Notes: generated by a model not told the origin, from the letters alone. A stretch of 64,000 bases of DNA from Octopus vulgaris (GCA_951406725.2 OX597817.1:61938001-62002000), one strand, 5' to 3'; shown: positions 40,142-54,360, counted from the first letter of the stretch. A program made the numbers and translations.

Positions 40142-41156
40142 AATTTTAAGACACAACGTGTCTAAGACCAGGCAGTGGATTAAAAGAGATGTTGAAGCAT
40201 AGGTCAAACAGCCTTGCAGTATTTGTACCAACTCTATATGTTCTGTGATCAACTTCAACCGAAGTCAGCGTTATCTTTCACCCTTTAGGTGGAGAACTGG
40301 AATTGTCAGAGCGTCGTAGATATATCTTGTGGTATTTCTTCCCATTCTTTGATTCCGAATTCTTGTATGATAGATGTCATCTCTTGACTAATTCAATACA
40401 AACACCATGGCACCTTGAGCAGAGTTTATCCTCTTGTAAGCATTTGGACCAGGTTTCCAGTTTAAGGATATCTTTCCGTTATCCCACCAGTTTCAGAGAT
40501 ACCGAGTAAATAAAGGCTCATGCGCACAGTTCTTCTCATCATGACTAAACTGCCAAAAAATATAAATAAAAGTAAAATAACTAAAGAATTACCCAATATA
40601 TTTTTGTCCTTTGTAAAAACAGAATGAGATTTGTAAGTGATTTGGTTACTGTTTCTAACTGGTTGAGCAACAACCTCGTTGTATCATAAAGCGGTCGATA
40701 TCCGGTTGAAACCATCGACTTTATTTACGTAACTTGAGTCATGGGAAAAGAAATGGATATTACAATAGTATTAATTTTCTCATATTGATTATTTTAAATA
40801 AGTTGTTTGTATCGTGTGAACAGTGAGAAATACTGTAGCCACTATAAGAATTTTAAAGTTTAGTGGTTCCTATTGTTGTAGCGTTTTATTCCTGTAATAT
40901 GAGATATCCTCACTTTACGTCAAAGATGAAAAATCAGTTGTTCGATCAACGGCTGTGGAATACACAGCCATTTCTTCACATGCTAATTCAATTAACAAAG
41001 CGTAGAATTAACTCATAAACATACGGAGATACGTATACAAAGGTGGTGGAACATGTACACGTACGTGCATATATGGTGACTGCTCCATCTTCACAGATAA
41101 TCGGCGTCTCCCTATGCTTCCTTGTTGTCAATGGTAATTCTGATTTTCCGCCCATG

Positions 41157-41284
41157 ACCTCTCAGATGACTATTCAGTCTAGCAGCAGATCTGCATTCTT
41201 TGTGTGCAAGTATATATATATACATATACACTCACGCACAAACAATGCAGATCTGCAGCTAGACTGAATAGCCATCTGAGAGGT
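41157..41284. repeat. Imperfect palindrome with ~55-bp arms around a (TA)n centre
   Basis: ACCTCTCAGATGACTATTCAGTCTAGC.GCAGATCTGCATT paired with AATGCAGATCTGC.GCTAGACTGAATAGCCATCTGAGAGGT. Confidence 0.9.
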
Positions 41285-41844
41285 GTATGTATATATGTAT
41301 ACATACATACATACATACATACATACATACATACATACATACATACATACATACATACATGCATGCATGCACACACATGCACACATACATGTATGTGTGT
41401 ATGTATATATTACCGTAATACCAGTGACACGAAGTGTTTAGGCATAAGCTAAGTTTAGATTAGATAAAATATGCTTGTGATATATTTCAACTGCTAAAAG
41501 GTAAATTCACTGCAGTTACCGTGGAGAGAAATTCTGTCTTATGATAAAGGGTGTAAAAACACCATGTCAGTCTAGTCTCACCCCCTATCAGAAGCCCCAG
41601 ACATAGATGCTTCCAGATTTGTAGCCGTTATCAATGAGAACTACCTGATGGGATACAACTCTGAAGAGACCTTATCAAAGCACACTTTAACTAAAATACA
41701 GTCAACAGCATTGACAGCTTAGCGCTAGTAGACCGCCGAGGTCGTAGAAACAACAGTCATATCAGAGCCAAGTAGTGTTTAGGCATAAGCAACGTATGGT
41801 TGTGTCATATATCATATCTAAAGTATGTTTGTGGTATTTCCGGC

Positions 41845-41945
41845 TACACAATTTATCTGTAGATCGTCAGTATGATCGTCTATGCAGAAGTTCCGCAAAT
41901 TATATTCTGCATAGATGATCATACTGACGATCTACAAATTGTGTA
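41845..41945. repeat. Palindrome with ~42-bp arms, each carrying CTGACGA
   Basis: TGTAGATCGTCAGTATGATCGTCTATGCAGAA paired with TTCTGCATAGATGATCATACTGACGATCTACA. Confidence 0.88.
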
Positions 41946-42158
41946 AGTAAAATTACGTAATTTGTTGATAGTGAAACAATTGTTTATGATTAATCTATAT
42001 TTTTGTTACTTTTCATTTGTCTTGCTCGCTTATGTTTCTGGTGTGCTGAATTTTCTGGAAAACAATTCTTAGGGGTTAAGACCATCGCGGATCTTCTTCT
42101 AGCATAAGGGTTTCCACATAGTGGTTAAAAAAATTCCCTCCTATATTTATGTATGAAA

Positions 42159-42198
<40 letters not shown>

Positions 42199-42201
<3 letters not shown>

Positions 42202-42327
42202 GGTCCCGGGTTGAGTCGGGGTTAACCACAGTAAATAAGGTACTCAATACATAGCAGAGTAAATTAATTTATTTTATAGAAGGAGCTTCTACAGGACTAG
42301 AACTGTTTCATTCAAATGAAATCTTCA

Positions 42328-42330
<3 letters not shown>
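42199..42330 (-). mobile_element. 132-bp insert in (TA)n carrying a type I hammerhead core
   Basis: Minus strand TC-CTGAAGA-tTTCatttGAAt-GAAA-CAG-ttctagtc-CTG-TA-GA; stem I cut to 2 bp by the (TA)n junction. Confidence 0.7.
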
Positions 42331-42394
<64 letters not shown>

Positions 42395-42859
42395 CATACA
42401 TATAAATATATATACATACATATATAAGTATATTCCCGTGTGTATGCATTGATAATATCAAAGTTTACAGTCTCCTCTGAGTTTCATCTTTAATTGGGTT
42501 GTCCACGGCTGTAGAGGCAAAACACAAATATGGAAATTATATAGGTAGTTTACATAGTATAGTTTAAGTTTGGCGTTTTAGGGTGGACAGGTTTGGATAG
42601 GCCTAGCTAAGGGTACAACTCAGTGTAGTCTGTCAACTTTAATAAAATAAATATATATCTCTTGATACTACCCAACGTACTGAGTTCTATAATAAATGAT
42701 ATTTACCCCATGGAAAATATATTATTGATGTATTTTAATTTTACATTCCTACTTATACACGTGCTGGACCGGTCGTGCGCACGCACAGTATATGCGTATA
42801 TATATTCATGTATATGTAAATGCATATGCAAAAACATATATGTACACACACATATATAC

Positions 42860-43030
42860 TTTAAATTTACTGAAAACAAAAGACGAAGACAGATGGGGGA
42901 ACAACAAGTAGATGTATTAGTTTGACGCTCGAGAAGAATGAGTAAGTCTTTGACATTTCTAGCCGACGCTCTTCGACAGAAAGATATGAGAAGAAAAATG
43001 GAGAGCGAACGAACGGAGAGAGAAAGATGT
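42860..43030 (-). mobile_element. Hammerhead-bearing short element related to 57322 and 60904, decayed
   Basis: 42947-42984 minus: TCTTT-CTGTCGA-a-GAGC-gtcg-GCTa-GAAA-tg-TC-AAAGA; shared GTATT..TGACGCTC flank. Confidence 0.65.
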
Positions 43031-43083
43031 GTAGGGATTAACGGTTTAACAGTATGTGTGTGTATGTGTGTGTGTACAGAGAG

Positions 43084-43454
43084 AGAGTAAAATCTATTTG
43101 CGAACGTAAATTGGTAGTCCTGTTTAGGACGAGGTTACTACCTTTTTTTAACCCCAGGAAAATATCTTTTCCAGCTGGTTACCGACGCACAACTGCGTCC
43201 TTATACCTCAAACAAGGGAGCTAATGTCCCCACTCAGCCTTAAACAGTACCTGCAGACCATGGTTTCTGGGTTATTCTTTCTTCATTGGCACATGTTTGA
43301 GGTATAAGGACGCAGTTGTGCGTCGGTAACCAGCTGGAAAAGATATTTTCCTGGGGCTAAAAAAAAGGTAGTAACCTCGTCCTAAACAGGACTACCAATT
43401 TACGTGCGCAAATAGATTTTACTCTGTAGTGCTGTTACTATTTACTTCTCGCTC
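43084..43454. mobile_element. Fold-back non-autonomous element with a decayed hammerhead in the spacer
   Basis: ~131-bp arms at 43084-43214 and 43294-43425; 43252-43291 minus ATGAAGA..GAAA-ccatg-GTC-tgca; tail shared with 18402-18429. Confidence 0.78.
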
Positions 43455-45163
43455 GTATAAAGTAACACTCTTTGTTTTAAGCTTAATCCAGTATATATGC
43501 ATACCATTATGTATGCATGCATGTGTGTAAATATGCATTTATGTATATGTGTATATATATGTTCGTGTGTCTGTGCGCGTAGCCTGGTAGAAGAGTGGAA
43601 GATCTAGTCAAACCGGAAATATGGCCCGAATACTTGCAACACAGTGGACTCCATTAAAGGCAGCCAAAGTGCCAGGTGTTTGTTAAACCGGGTGGGTAGC
43701 TGAGTTTATTTCTCAAGTAGACCACTGCGCTATTTAAATATTCAGAAACGGGCCAAACCGCTACTTCACTCATCTAGAATGGTGTTTTATTTATCGACCC
43801 CACGAAGATAAATTGCAAAGTTGACACCAGCAAGATTTGAACTGAGAACGCAAGGATCCGGAATATGGTCTCTTCATTCCAACGTTTCTACCAAACCGCC
43901 ACTTGATGTCAATAAAATCGACAAAACCAATTTCCAATCAAATGTAATATCGGTTCAATACTACTGTACGGTACAGTAAATGATATCAGTTGATCAATGC
44001 ATAAGGATGAAATTAGAGAGAAGTAAACTACTAAAATAGCGAGCTATATCTATGTTTTGAAGGAAGGCATCACCTGTCATCTGGATTTATATCAACACAT
44101 AATAGCTTATACATGTCTGTAGCATCGCATAGATTTCATTTCGGAGATTATTTCGATATCTTAATGCACTGTTTCTTATTTGAGATAATCCTTTACACTT
44201 TGTGTATTTTCTCCTTGTTTATACTGCCACCTGAAACATTGAAAATATGTTGCTTTCCTTTCCGCTCGAGGCATTAAAATATATTTCCTCCTTTCTTCAT
44301 GCCATTCTGAGAAACATTGGAAAGGTCATATTTTCCTATTTCCTCATACCATTCTCATAAGAATGAAATGGTCACGCATTGGCTACAAAAACGGGAAATG
44401 CTTAAATAATAAAGGATAAAAATAGACAATTTCATGATATATATATTACTGAGGGAGGAAATATGAACATGGCCAAAATGTTAAAAATAATATTAATCAA
44501 AGAAATATTTTTATTAAGGCAAAAACATTGTTGATAATTTCAAGAAATGAACACAGTAAAGAGATATAATTTTGTATCAATTGAGGGTTTTTAATATTTA
44601 TTTCGACACAGGAAGGAGGAATAAAACATTTTCTTCTGTTCGTATTTTTGTAGTGTCTGCTTTAGTTCCTTCAATTTTTTAATAGATTTGTTTCTTTTTT
44701 TAACGTTTTCATTTATTTCTTTGCAGAGAAAAGTTAGGCGGTGTTAATTATTGTTCTTTTTGATTATTATTCGTTTCTTCATTCCGTCCTTTTGAATAAT
44801 TTTTGGTGCCTTTCTTTCCTTTAGTTTTCTTTCAGTTTCTCTGTTGACCTCTGTTTTGTTGAAAAATATATATATATATTTATTTCTTGCACTGAAATAA
44901 TGTTTTTTTAAATTTTAATGTCTTTTAATTTTTTTGTTTTGTTTTCATAATATTTTCATTTTTCATTGTATCTTTTCATTTTATTACATAATAAGAGATA
45001 AGTCCAGATAACATTTTATTTTCACATTTCGTATCAATGAATTGACCAGCAACGAACATACGAAAATAATTTGTTTTGAGCAACACATAAATGTTACAAC
45101 ATTCAATATACTTGATTGGGTAACAAACAATGATGAAAAAACAAAATATTTATTTTAGCGTGT

Positions 45164-45184
45164 TATTATTATTATTATTATTAC

Positions 45185-45236
<52 letters not shown>

Positions 45237-45259
45237 AATATTATTATTATTAATATTAA

Positions 45260-45299
<40 letters not shown>

Positions 45300-45596
45300 G
45301 TTGTTGTTATTATTATCATTATCATTATTGTTGTTGTTATTATCATTATCATTATTGTTGTTGTTGTTAAGATGGCTCCAAGTCTCACCCAGATACCTCA
45401 AGAGACAACAAGTTGGAAGTTCATGTTGGTGTTATGCCTAGTGTGCCATATATTTGGTTTTGTACTTAGTGTTGTACTAGTGAATGTCTAAAAACCATAC
45501 GAAGATTATGTTTGTTTTAAAACTTGAGATTACATAAAAAGTATTTTGCGTAGGATATGAGCCGTTCCCATGAGCACTATCTTTTGAATTTCTGCC

Positions 45597-45656
<60 letters not shown>

Positions 45657-46147
45657 CGTTATTATTATTATTATTATCGTTATTATTATTATCGTTATCA
45701 TTATTATTATTATCGTTATTATTATTATTATCGTTATTATCATTATTATTATTATCATCATCATCATTATTATTATTATTATTATTGTTGTTGTTGTTGT
45801 TGTTGTTATTTCTTCCGTAAGTTCTCGCGAATTCTACTGCAGTACCAGGTACATCTCCGTGTTTCTGAGATGTGTGCAGTATTGTGTTCCTATTTTTATG
45901 GGGATTGGCTGAGTACAGACTCCTACTGATGGTGTACTGTGTCAGTTTTCTTTGTTAATAGTTTTGTTTTACTTTTCTTCTTATATTAGTGTTTGTTCTG
46001 TTGTGCTTGGTGTGTGTAATGTGGGTCATTTTTTATCATTGGGCTTTAAGCTTGTAGAATATAGTTTGCACGAATTGTGTTGTTTTACCTTATGTGGCGT
46101 TTGTATGGTAGGTTTTGTTGCGTGTAAATATTTTCTATTTGATTGCA

Positions 46148-46231
<84 letters not shown>

Positions 46232-46300
46232 CATCATCATTATCATTATTATTATTATTGTTGTTGTTTTTGTTGTTGTTATTAGTATCATTATTACTGA
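45164..46300. repeat. Three (ATT)n-based microsatellite tracts with short intervening relics
   Basis: Direct reading. Confidence 0.9.
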
Positions 46301-46811
46301 GGTGGCTTTTAAACACAAAATTTAAATTTTCATTTTCTTTTATTTTGCTTCATTTATGGTTATTGATATTTGAAAAAAAAATCATGAAAAAGATAATCAA
46401 ACAAAAATGTAATTCATTTTGCACAAAATCGCCACCCCGAATATTTCGTTCGTATTATTTTTCGTTTGTTTCTTCTTTTTTTTTCTCCATTTGTTAAAGA
46501 TTAAAGACATTTTATATGAGTTTATAAACATATTTTAAAAGATCAAAACCGTAGAAAAAAATCAATGTATAGAATTATAAACAGTATCGATAAAATATGA
46601 TGGAAGTGAGGGGAACACATGTTTAAGTGACAGTAAAGATAAAAGAAAAAAAAAACATAAATATGCGTAGACGCATGTTTATGTATGTGTGTATGTGAGT
46701 TTATGTTTGTATACAAGCGTATGTATGTCTGTATGTTTGTATATAATTATATGTATACACACACATATATATATTTCTATACAAAAACAACACACATAGC
46801 TCTTTAAGTAA

Positions 46812-46854
<43 letters not shown>

Positions 46855-47790
46855 TATATACATAATGCACATACACGTGTGTATGTGTATGTATATATGT
46901 ATATGCATGTACACCAACAAAGGCACCGGCAGGTGCAATTTGAATAAATGTTTATGCATAAATGCTATGCTATTTGTTTATATTGCCATAAAATTTACTC
47001 GCCGTAAATTCGACAATTTGCAAACATAGTAAACGACTCTGATGAGTAACAATAAATACCGAAACCGTTTCACACAACTTCTTGCTCTCAATAAATAATG
47101 TGTCCACAGGCATAAAATAGAATTGATCAGACTAGTTCCTGGTCCTTAAACGCCTTCATCAGAGAAAGAAAACATTCTTGAATACAAGGAGAGATTAGTA
47201 GCTTACAGCTATATATTTTGTGTACAAAATTAGATACAACTAAAACAACGTAAAATGCACTGTCAACGTGAATTAAGTACAGAGAGTACAAATGGTATTT
47301 TGTGGTTATTTCAAATGTAAGGCATGTGTGTTTTTAATAAACATATAATTTTATCAAGGTGTGAAAGAAACGAGAAGCTGATTAAATCCATCTCATTTTT
47401 CTACTCACGGAAAAGAATCTTTGAAGTTAAAACTATATGTTTATTTTTTTAAATGTTTAAAACTTTAAATGCCCCCAAACGCTGTGTAATGCATTTTCAA
47501 TTAACTATGTACACACACACACGCACGCACACACACAAACACACACACACAAACACACACACACACAAACACACACACACACGCTCACACGCACATATAT
47601 ACATACATACATGCATACATGGACAGATGCACACACCTGTATATAATACAGATGAATACAGGCACATTTGTATGTCTGTGTATGTATACACATAAACACA
47701 TGTATATGCATGCACATATAAGCTTGCATATATATAGATAAACACATATTCGATTATTGATGTGGTTGTATATATGTATGTGTGTATATG

Positions 47791-47840
<50 letters not shown>

Positions 47841-48519
47841 TATACACATATAAAAATAGATAGATAGATAGATAGATAGATAGACGCATATACGGATATA
47901 TACATAACTACATCTATAGAAACATACGCAAACGTACACGCAGTAAATTTGGTTTGAAACCAGATGCAAAATCCGAATCAGGAGGCGATTTCACAGGTGA
48001 AATAAAATAGTGCATAATTTTCATAGCAACATGAGTGAATTCAATGCAATTGTTTTGCATTTTTAAAGATGAGGGGCATTAAGTGTTGTAGAACAACGAG
48101 GTGTTGTTGGGTTCAATATATTTATTAAAACTGAAATTTTAAATATGTGTGCATCAATAATATGTTCCACAAAGAATTATATAAGTAAATGTTCTAATAT
48201 TAAAAATCACAAATATCAAGAGGAAAAATATTATACACAGACCTAAGTGTGTGTATGTATGTAAAAAAAAATCCATACCTATATAGGATAGCATATTCAA
48301 TCATACAAACGCATATATGGGAGTGTTGAATTTGTGTGAGTGTGTGAGTGTAATAGACTTTCATATAAGGGGCTCTTTAAAGCATTTTGATTTTTTGTGA
48401 GTGAAATACAGAAACACACACACACACACACACACGAACACACACACACACACACACACATATATAATATGTGTGTGTGTATACGTATATGTGATCATAT
48501 ATACGTATATAAATAAATC

Positions 48520-48712
48520 ATTTCTATTATATTCACGAGGCCAGAAATTCTGTGAGAAGGGGCTAGTCGATTATATCCACCCCAATGGTATACTGGTACT
48601 TATATCATCGACCCCAAAAATATGAAAGGCAACATTAGAACCCAGAAAAACGGACGAAGTACCGCTAAGTATTTTTGTCCGGCATGTGAACGATTCAACC
48701 AGCTCTCCGCCC
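48520..48712 (-). mobile_element. SINE family B, diverged
   Basis: Reverse-complement homology to 1787-2000. Confidence 0.7.
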
Positions 48713-49293
48713 TAACATACATATACAATGATGTAAATAAAAGTTAATAATGGAATCATCATAAAGATGTATTTCTCAATTTTAACTATTTTAAAAAGCA
48801 GTGTCAGACTGATGGATGTAGAAAATATTGATGGAGAAAGCTCAAACTATTATCAGTTAAGACTGAGTTGGATTGTTTGAAAATGATCACGAGAAATATA
48901 TGTACACACACACACCACACACATACACACACATATATATGTATTTTTAAAATATTTTATGTGGTATTTTCCATCTACTATGCATTGTGAATTGCAGAAT
49001 GCACATATTCCATTATTGGTATTATTAATAACAATAATAATATTAATAGTTTTGGTAATGTAATATAATGAACTTTGGACTCTGTATATGTACCCATTGA
49101 TGTGGATGTATATGTATACTCCAGTATATATATTTGATTATCTGTAACTTTATGTGTATGTATATTATTATATATATATACTTATATATATGTATATACA
49201 CTTATATATATATATATATATATATTCTTGTGTATGTGTATTTTGTTTCATATTTATATTTGCATTTTTATATTTATATAATTGTACTTTATA

Positions 49294-49444
49294 ATCTCTG
49301 ACGAGGCCTTGATATATCTCTGACGAGGCCTTGATATATATATATATATATATAAGTAACTCATTTCTAACTGCATATTACCTCAATACATCTGACTAGG
49401 CACAATGAGATACCTTTATCTACAGGCTGAAACAGCTGTAAGAT
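49294..49444 (+). ncRNA. Type I hammerhead ribozyme with a long stem II loop and duplicated 5' half
   Basis: ATCT-CTGACGA-GGCCT (twice, 22-bp tandem) ... AGGCT-GAAA-CAGCTG-TA-AGAT; palindromic stem III ACAGCTGT; GUA site. Confidence 0.8.
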
Positions 49445-49873
49445 CCATTTTATGTATATTATTTTTATGGTATTATCTTACTTATTGATGTATATTGTTT
49501 TATTCTGTTGGATTTGGATGTTCCTATTTAAGTAGTTAATAAATAATATGAATTTGTATTATCTGTAAGTCGATGATTGAAAGGAATCTGTTCCTCCATT
49601 TTCTTGTTTGTATTATATATATATATATATATGCATGTATGTATATATATATAAGGGAATGCACACACACACTTATATATTATATATCTGATATATATAT
49701 ATATATATATGTATTTATGTAAACATATATATATAGATATATGTATGTATATATATGTGTTTATATATAGTGTATTGTATTATATATATATATTTATATA
49801 TATATATATATATATATATACATACATACACACATATATATATATACGTATATATTCATGCATATACATATAT

Positions 49874-50292
49874 AGGCGCAGGCGTGTTTGTTTGATAAGG
49901 TTGATTTGCAACCACATGATCCCGGGTTCAGTCCCACCGCGTGGCAACTTGGGCAAGCGTCATCTATTATAGCCTCGGGCCGACCAAATGGATTTGGTAG
50001 ATGGAAACTGAAAGAAGCCCGTCGTATATACATATATGCATATATATATGTGTGTGTGTGTGTGTGTGTACATATGAATATATTTATGTACCTGTATTTA
50101 TCCCCCACTATCGCTTGACAACCGATGTTGGTGTGTTTACGTCCCCGTAAATTAGGGATTCGACATAAGAGAACGATAGAATAAGTACTAGTCTTACAAA
50201 GAATAAGTCCTGGGGCTGATTTCTTCTACTACTAAAGGCGGTGCTCCAGCATGGCCTCAATCGAATGACTATAAGAATAAAAGAATAAAAGA
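49874..50292 (+). mobile_element. SINE family A
   Basis: Homology to 60088-60533. Confidence 0.85.
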
Positions 50293-50474
50293 ATGTATGT
50301 ATATATATATACATACATACATACATACATATATATATATATATATGTATGTATGTATATATATATATATACATGCATACATGCATACATACATACATAC
50401 ATACATACATACATACATACATACATACATACAAACATACATACATACATACATACATATATGTATATGGGTGT

Positions 50475-51607
50475 ATACGTGCGTTGTCCCGAAAACAAAT
50501 CCAAAAGTTAACACACGATTTTTTAACTGACTTCAAATTGCACATATTGGCAGAATATCTCTTTCTCTATAGTAATAGCTTTGCCTATTCTTCATTGTAA
50601 GCAAAGCAGTGGGTTCAGACAGGAGCATCGTACCATCATTGCGTTTTTGACAAAGAAATCTTGCAGACTGTCCGAAATCCACAGAATGCTATAGGCTGTG
50701 TACAGAGATGACTCATTAATAAAAGCGTTATGCACAGATGAATGAACAATTTTAAAGAAGTGGAGTACAAACATTAGAAACACACACCGCACTCACTTGC
50801 ACCCTCTGCCATGAATCGCCAACGAGTAAACGAATTGATTCGCGCGGTTAGACTATTCACAATCTGTGAACTTAGTGCAGAACTGGACTGCGGTCACAAT
50901 ACATTACAGATGATGGTATAAGACTTTGGATATAGGAAAGTGTGTAGGAAAGGGAGCACCTATGCAGCTGACGTTCAATTTGAAGGGAAACGGGGTGGAA
51001 GCCTGCTCTAATCTGCTAGAATCGTTTGAAACCAATGAAAATAATTTGTTACAGATCTGGTGAAAGAGAATAACATGTGGCCATGCTTTTAGGATCCGAA
51101 AACGAAGTCTCAGACCATGGGAAGGCATTACATTTCTTCTCTAAGGTGAAGTAATTCAAAGCCTGCTGTTGGCTCAGGAAGTTATTGTGACTGCTTTTAA
51201 GGATGACAAGTGTATCTCCTTGATTTTCTGGAATGTGGCTGTAGTGTAAACATCAAGTTGTACAGTGAGACACTCAAAATGCTTCACAGAAGTTATTACA
51301 AGAAAGAGATCGAAGAATCTGAAAACGATTCTCATTCCCCAATGAAATTCAGTCTTCGGCGACTGCGATTTGATAAACAAGACGTAGGGAGAGCGATTGT
51401 GACAAAATGGCTACAACAGTGTATACACAAACATTTTAAAACCGATACGAGAACTGGGTTCAATGATATTGCAACTGCATTTCTTGTGATGGAGACTATT
51501 TCTAGAGAGGAGAAAATATTCTTCCAGCATTTGCAATTTGAACGATCTATGTTAATAAAAATGTTATGCCCATATTTGCATTACTGTCGATACAAAACTC
51601 CTATGTA
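50475..51607 (+). mobile_element. mariner transposon remnant, heavily decayed
   Basis: Fragments VIAFLTKK, RVNELIRA.R..TICELSAEL, LGYRKVC.K..P..LT, YLLDFLECGCSVN..LYSETLKML. Confidence 0.7.
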
Positions 51608-51863
51608 CGTATATGTATTGTTGTTGTTGTGACCCCCATCAGTCATGAATGACCATGGGATTGCACCTAGAAAGTTACCCTCCAAGATACACACAGACAA
51701 ACACACAAATACACACACACATACACATATATATATATAGTCAGGTACACATATACGTACAGACATGCATAAACATATATGTATATATATATATATATAG
51801 TTACATAACCACACGGATACATAAACCCCCCCACTCCCACCACCACAGATAGACAAAGTCAGA

Positions 51864-51919
<56 letters not shown>

Positions 51920-51933
51920 ACACACATATAAAT

Positions 51934-51990
<57 letters not shown>

Positions 51991-52255
51991 TACATATATA
52001 TATGCGTGTGGTTACACACACAAATCCTGTTCTACTCACCTTTTTTCTTCCCCTCTGTATAGATAACCATCCTCTTAAGTTACCGACTTGCTATTCTAAC
52101 CTTATATATTGCAATATTTTCATCAAATCCTTCATATGCTGAAATGTTCAGAAGAAGTTTTTACGTAATGTATAGATTTTCTTTTATACATAACGCAAAT
52201 CAGAAACGTTCGTATTAAATGATTTCAAAATATCATTTGAATTTTCTTCATTATT

Positions 52256-52321
<66 letters not shown>

Positions 52322-52448
52322 GTTCAAAACGATATAATGAACAAAGGTCCAAGTTGGTCAAACAACTTTATAAGATCTCCATATCATTACATTATTGAAC
52401 ATAAATACATATTAAAACACCAGAGCATTCAACATATAAATCTCAAAA

Positions 52449-52526
<78 letters not shown>

Positions 52527-52527
<1 letters not shown>

Positions 52528-52992
52528 CAAAAGGTGATGAAACCTGCAAACACAATATAAATAGAATAGTATGAGGAAAAACATGGAATAAATCTATGCA
52601 TATACACGGCGACTAATTGGTGGAAAATGATAGAAAATTGAATAATATTAAAATATAAGACGACAAAGTGAAAAAGTACTTTCAGAATCCATTTCTACTG
52701 CCGTTTCAAAGGACATCGCCAAATTTCAGTTATACATTAAATATTAAGGATCCAAAGCATTATTGAAATTCGGCGATGTCCTTTGAAACGGCTGTAGAAA
52801 TGGACTCTGAATGGACTTTTTTCTGGTTATCGTCTTATATTTTAATATTATTTAATTTTTATCGTTTTCAACCTTTTAGTCGCCGTTTATATGCATAGAT
52901 TTATTCCATGTTTTACTTTTCCTCTTTCGATTCCATTATTTTCCTCATACGATTCCATTTATATTGCCCTTGCAGGTTTGATCACCTTTTGT
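52527..52992. mobile_element. Large diverged fold-back (~200-bp arms) between (TA)n tracts with a hammerhead 3' half
   Basis: Arms at 52527-52728 and 52764-52992; GAAA-CGGCTG-TA-GAAAT at 52785, like GAAACAGCTGTA at 49429. Confidence 0.72.
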
Positions 52993-52995
52993 GAG

Positions 52996-53066
<71 letters not shown>

Positions 53067-53714
53067 TTTCAATATAATTCTCTCCCTGATATTAAACTAC
53101 AGATCCTTCTGTAAGAATTTGTTGCTCTATAACTCACGTGGGTGGACAGGGGAAGATGCAAAGCCTCAATCGTACGTTTTGAATTCGCTAGTACTGGATG
53201 TCGAGGGTGGTTCGTCTGAGGTTACTCAAATCAGACGGGTATGTTCGATTTTTAGTGCTCTCAAATTTAAATTTAACGAAATCTTGGGCTGATGACAGGA
53301 ATGTTGGAATAGGTACGTATTTCTAACATCTCTATATCTAACTAACCCAGAAACGGCGTTCTCATGTAATCGATTTACGAGTGATCTTTCGTTATTTTCC
53401 CTCTATGCCTACGTGAATTCTTTTTGAGTATACATTATCTTGGAGACTCTTCTTATAGTAGGGGAAATAACTAAATTCTTTCGCTGCTAATTCGAAAAGT
53501 TCGGTGTGTGGTAAAGTAATTTTTTTTGCTGAACCCTTATTATAGAAAATAATATATATATATATATATATGAATAAAAAATGGAGTTAACGCAGGTGTA
53601 ACCAAATATTTTTACTTTCGACACATGTTTCGAAAATTCCACTGATACTATTTTTGCTGCGATGGTAACTATTTATTTTTCCGTGTTAATTGTTAACAAG
53701 GTAAAAATACACTC

Positions 53715-53760
<46 letters not shown>

Positions 53761-54037
53761 TTTTGGGATTTATATATCGAATGCCCTGGTGATTTAATAT
53801 GTATCTATGTTCACTAATGTGATGATATGGGGATGTAATAGAGTTGTTTGACCAACTAAGACGTTTATTCATTATATCCTTTTGAATGCACCTTCTTTGT
53901 CTCGTTTTTACTTTAGCACTTCTATCTGCAGCACTATATTTATTTTTTCGGTTTGTATTTGAAAATTGAAATTATATATATATATATATAATTATTAATT
54001 ATTATTTAATTAACTTTACCCTTTATTATTATTGAAA

Positions 54038-54074
<37 letters not shown>

Positions 54075-54082
<8 letters not shown>

Positions 54083-54360
54083 AATATGTTACATTACTCG
54101 ATAGTCAAGATAAAACTCTGAGTTTCAGATGCCGAAGTGGGAATCCACGACATCTCTTCGGTTATCTGGCTATTTGAAAATATATAGCGTTTTCAAATAG
54201 CCAGATAACCGAAGAGATGTCGTGGATTCCCACTTCGGCATCTGAAACTCAGAGTTTTATCTTGACTATCGAGTAATGTAACATATTATTGTATAGATAA
54301 ATTTCCTCTATTTACATAATATTGAGGTCTTTTTCTTTCTTTTGTTATCTTACCGTTTTA

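Noticed and set aside
43112-43125. AGTCCTGTTT matching the hairpin-ribozyme substrate strand
   Set aside because: No AGAA loop A partner or loop B motifs nearby; likely coincidence
43084-43425. DIRS-type inverted terminal repeats
   Set aside because: No internal complementary region or tyrosine-recombinase remnant; the hammerhead remnant and one-sided tail fit an inverted pLTR better, though DIRS is not formally excluded
53614-53636. GAAACATGTGTC hammerhead half-site on the minus strand
   Set aside because: No CUGANGA half or stem II found; insufficient on its own
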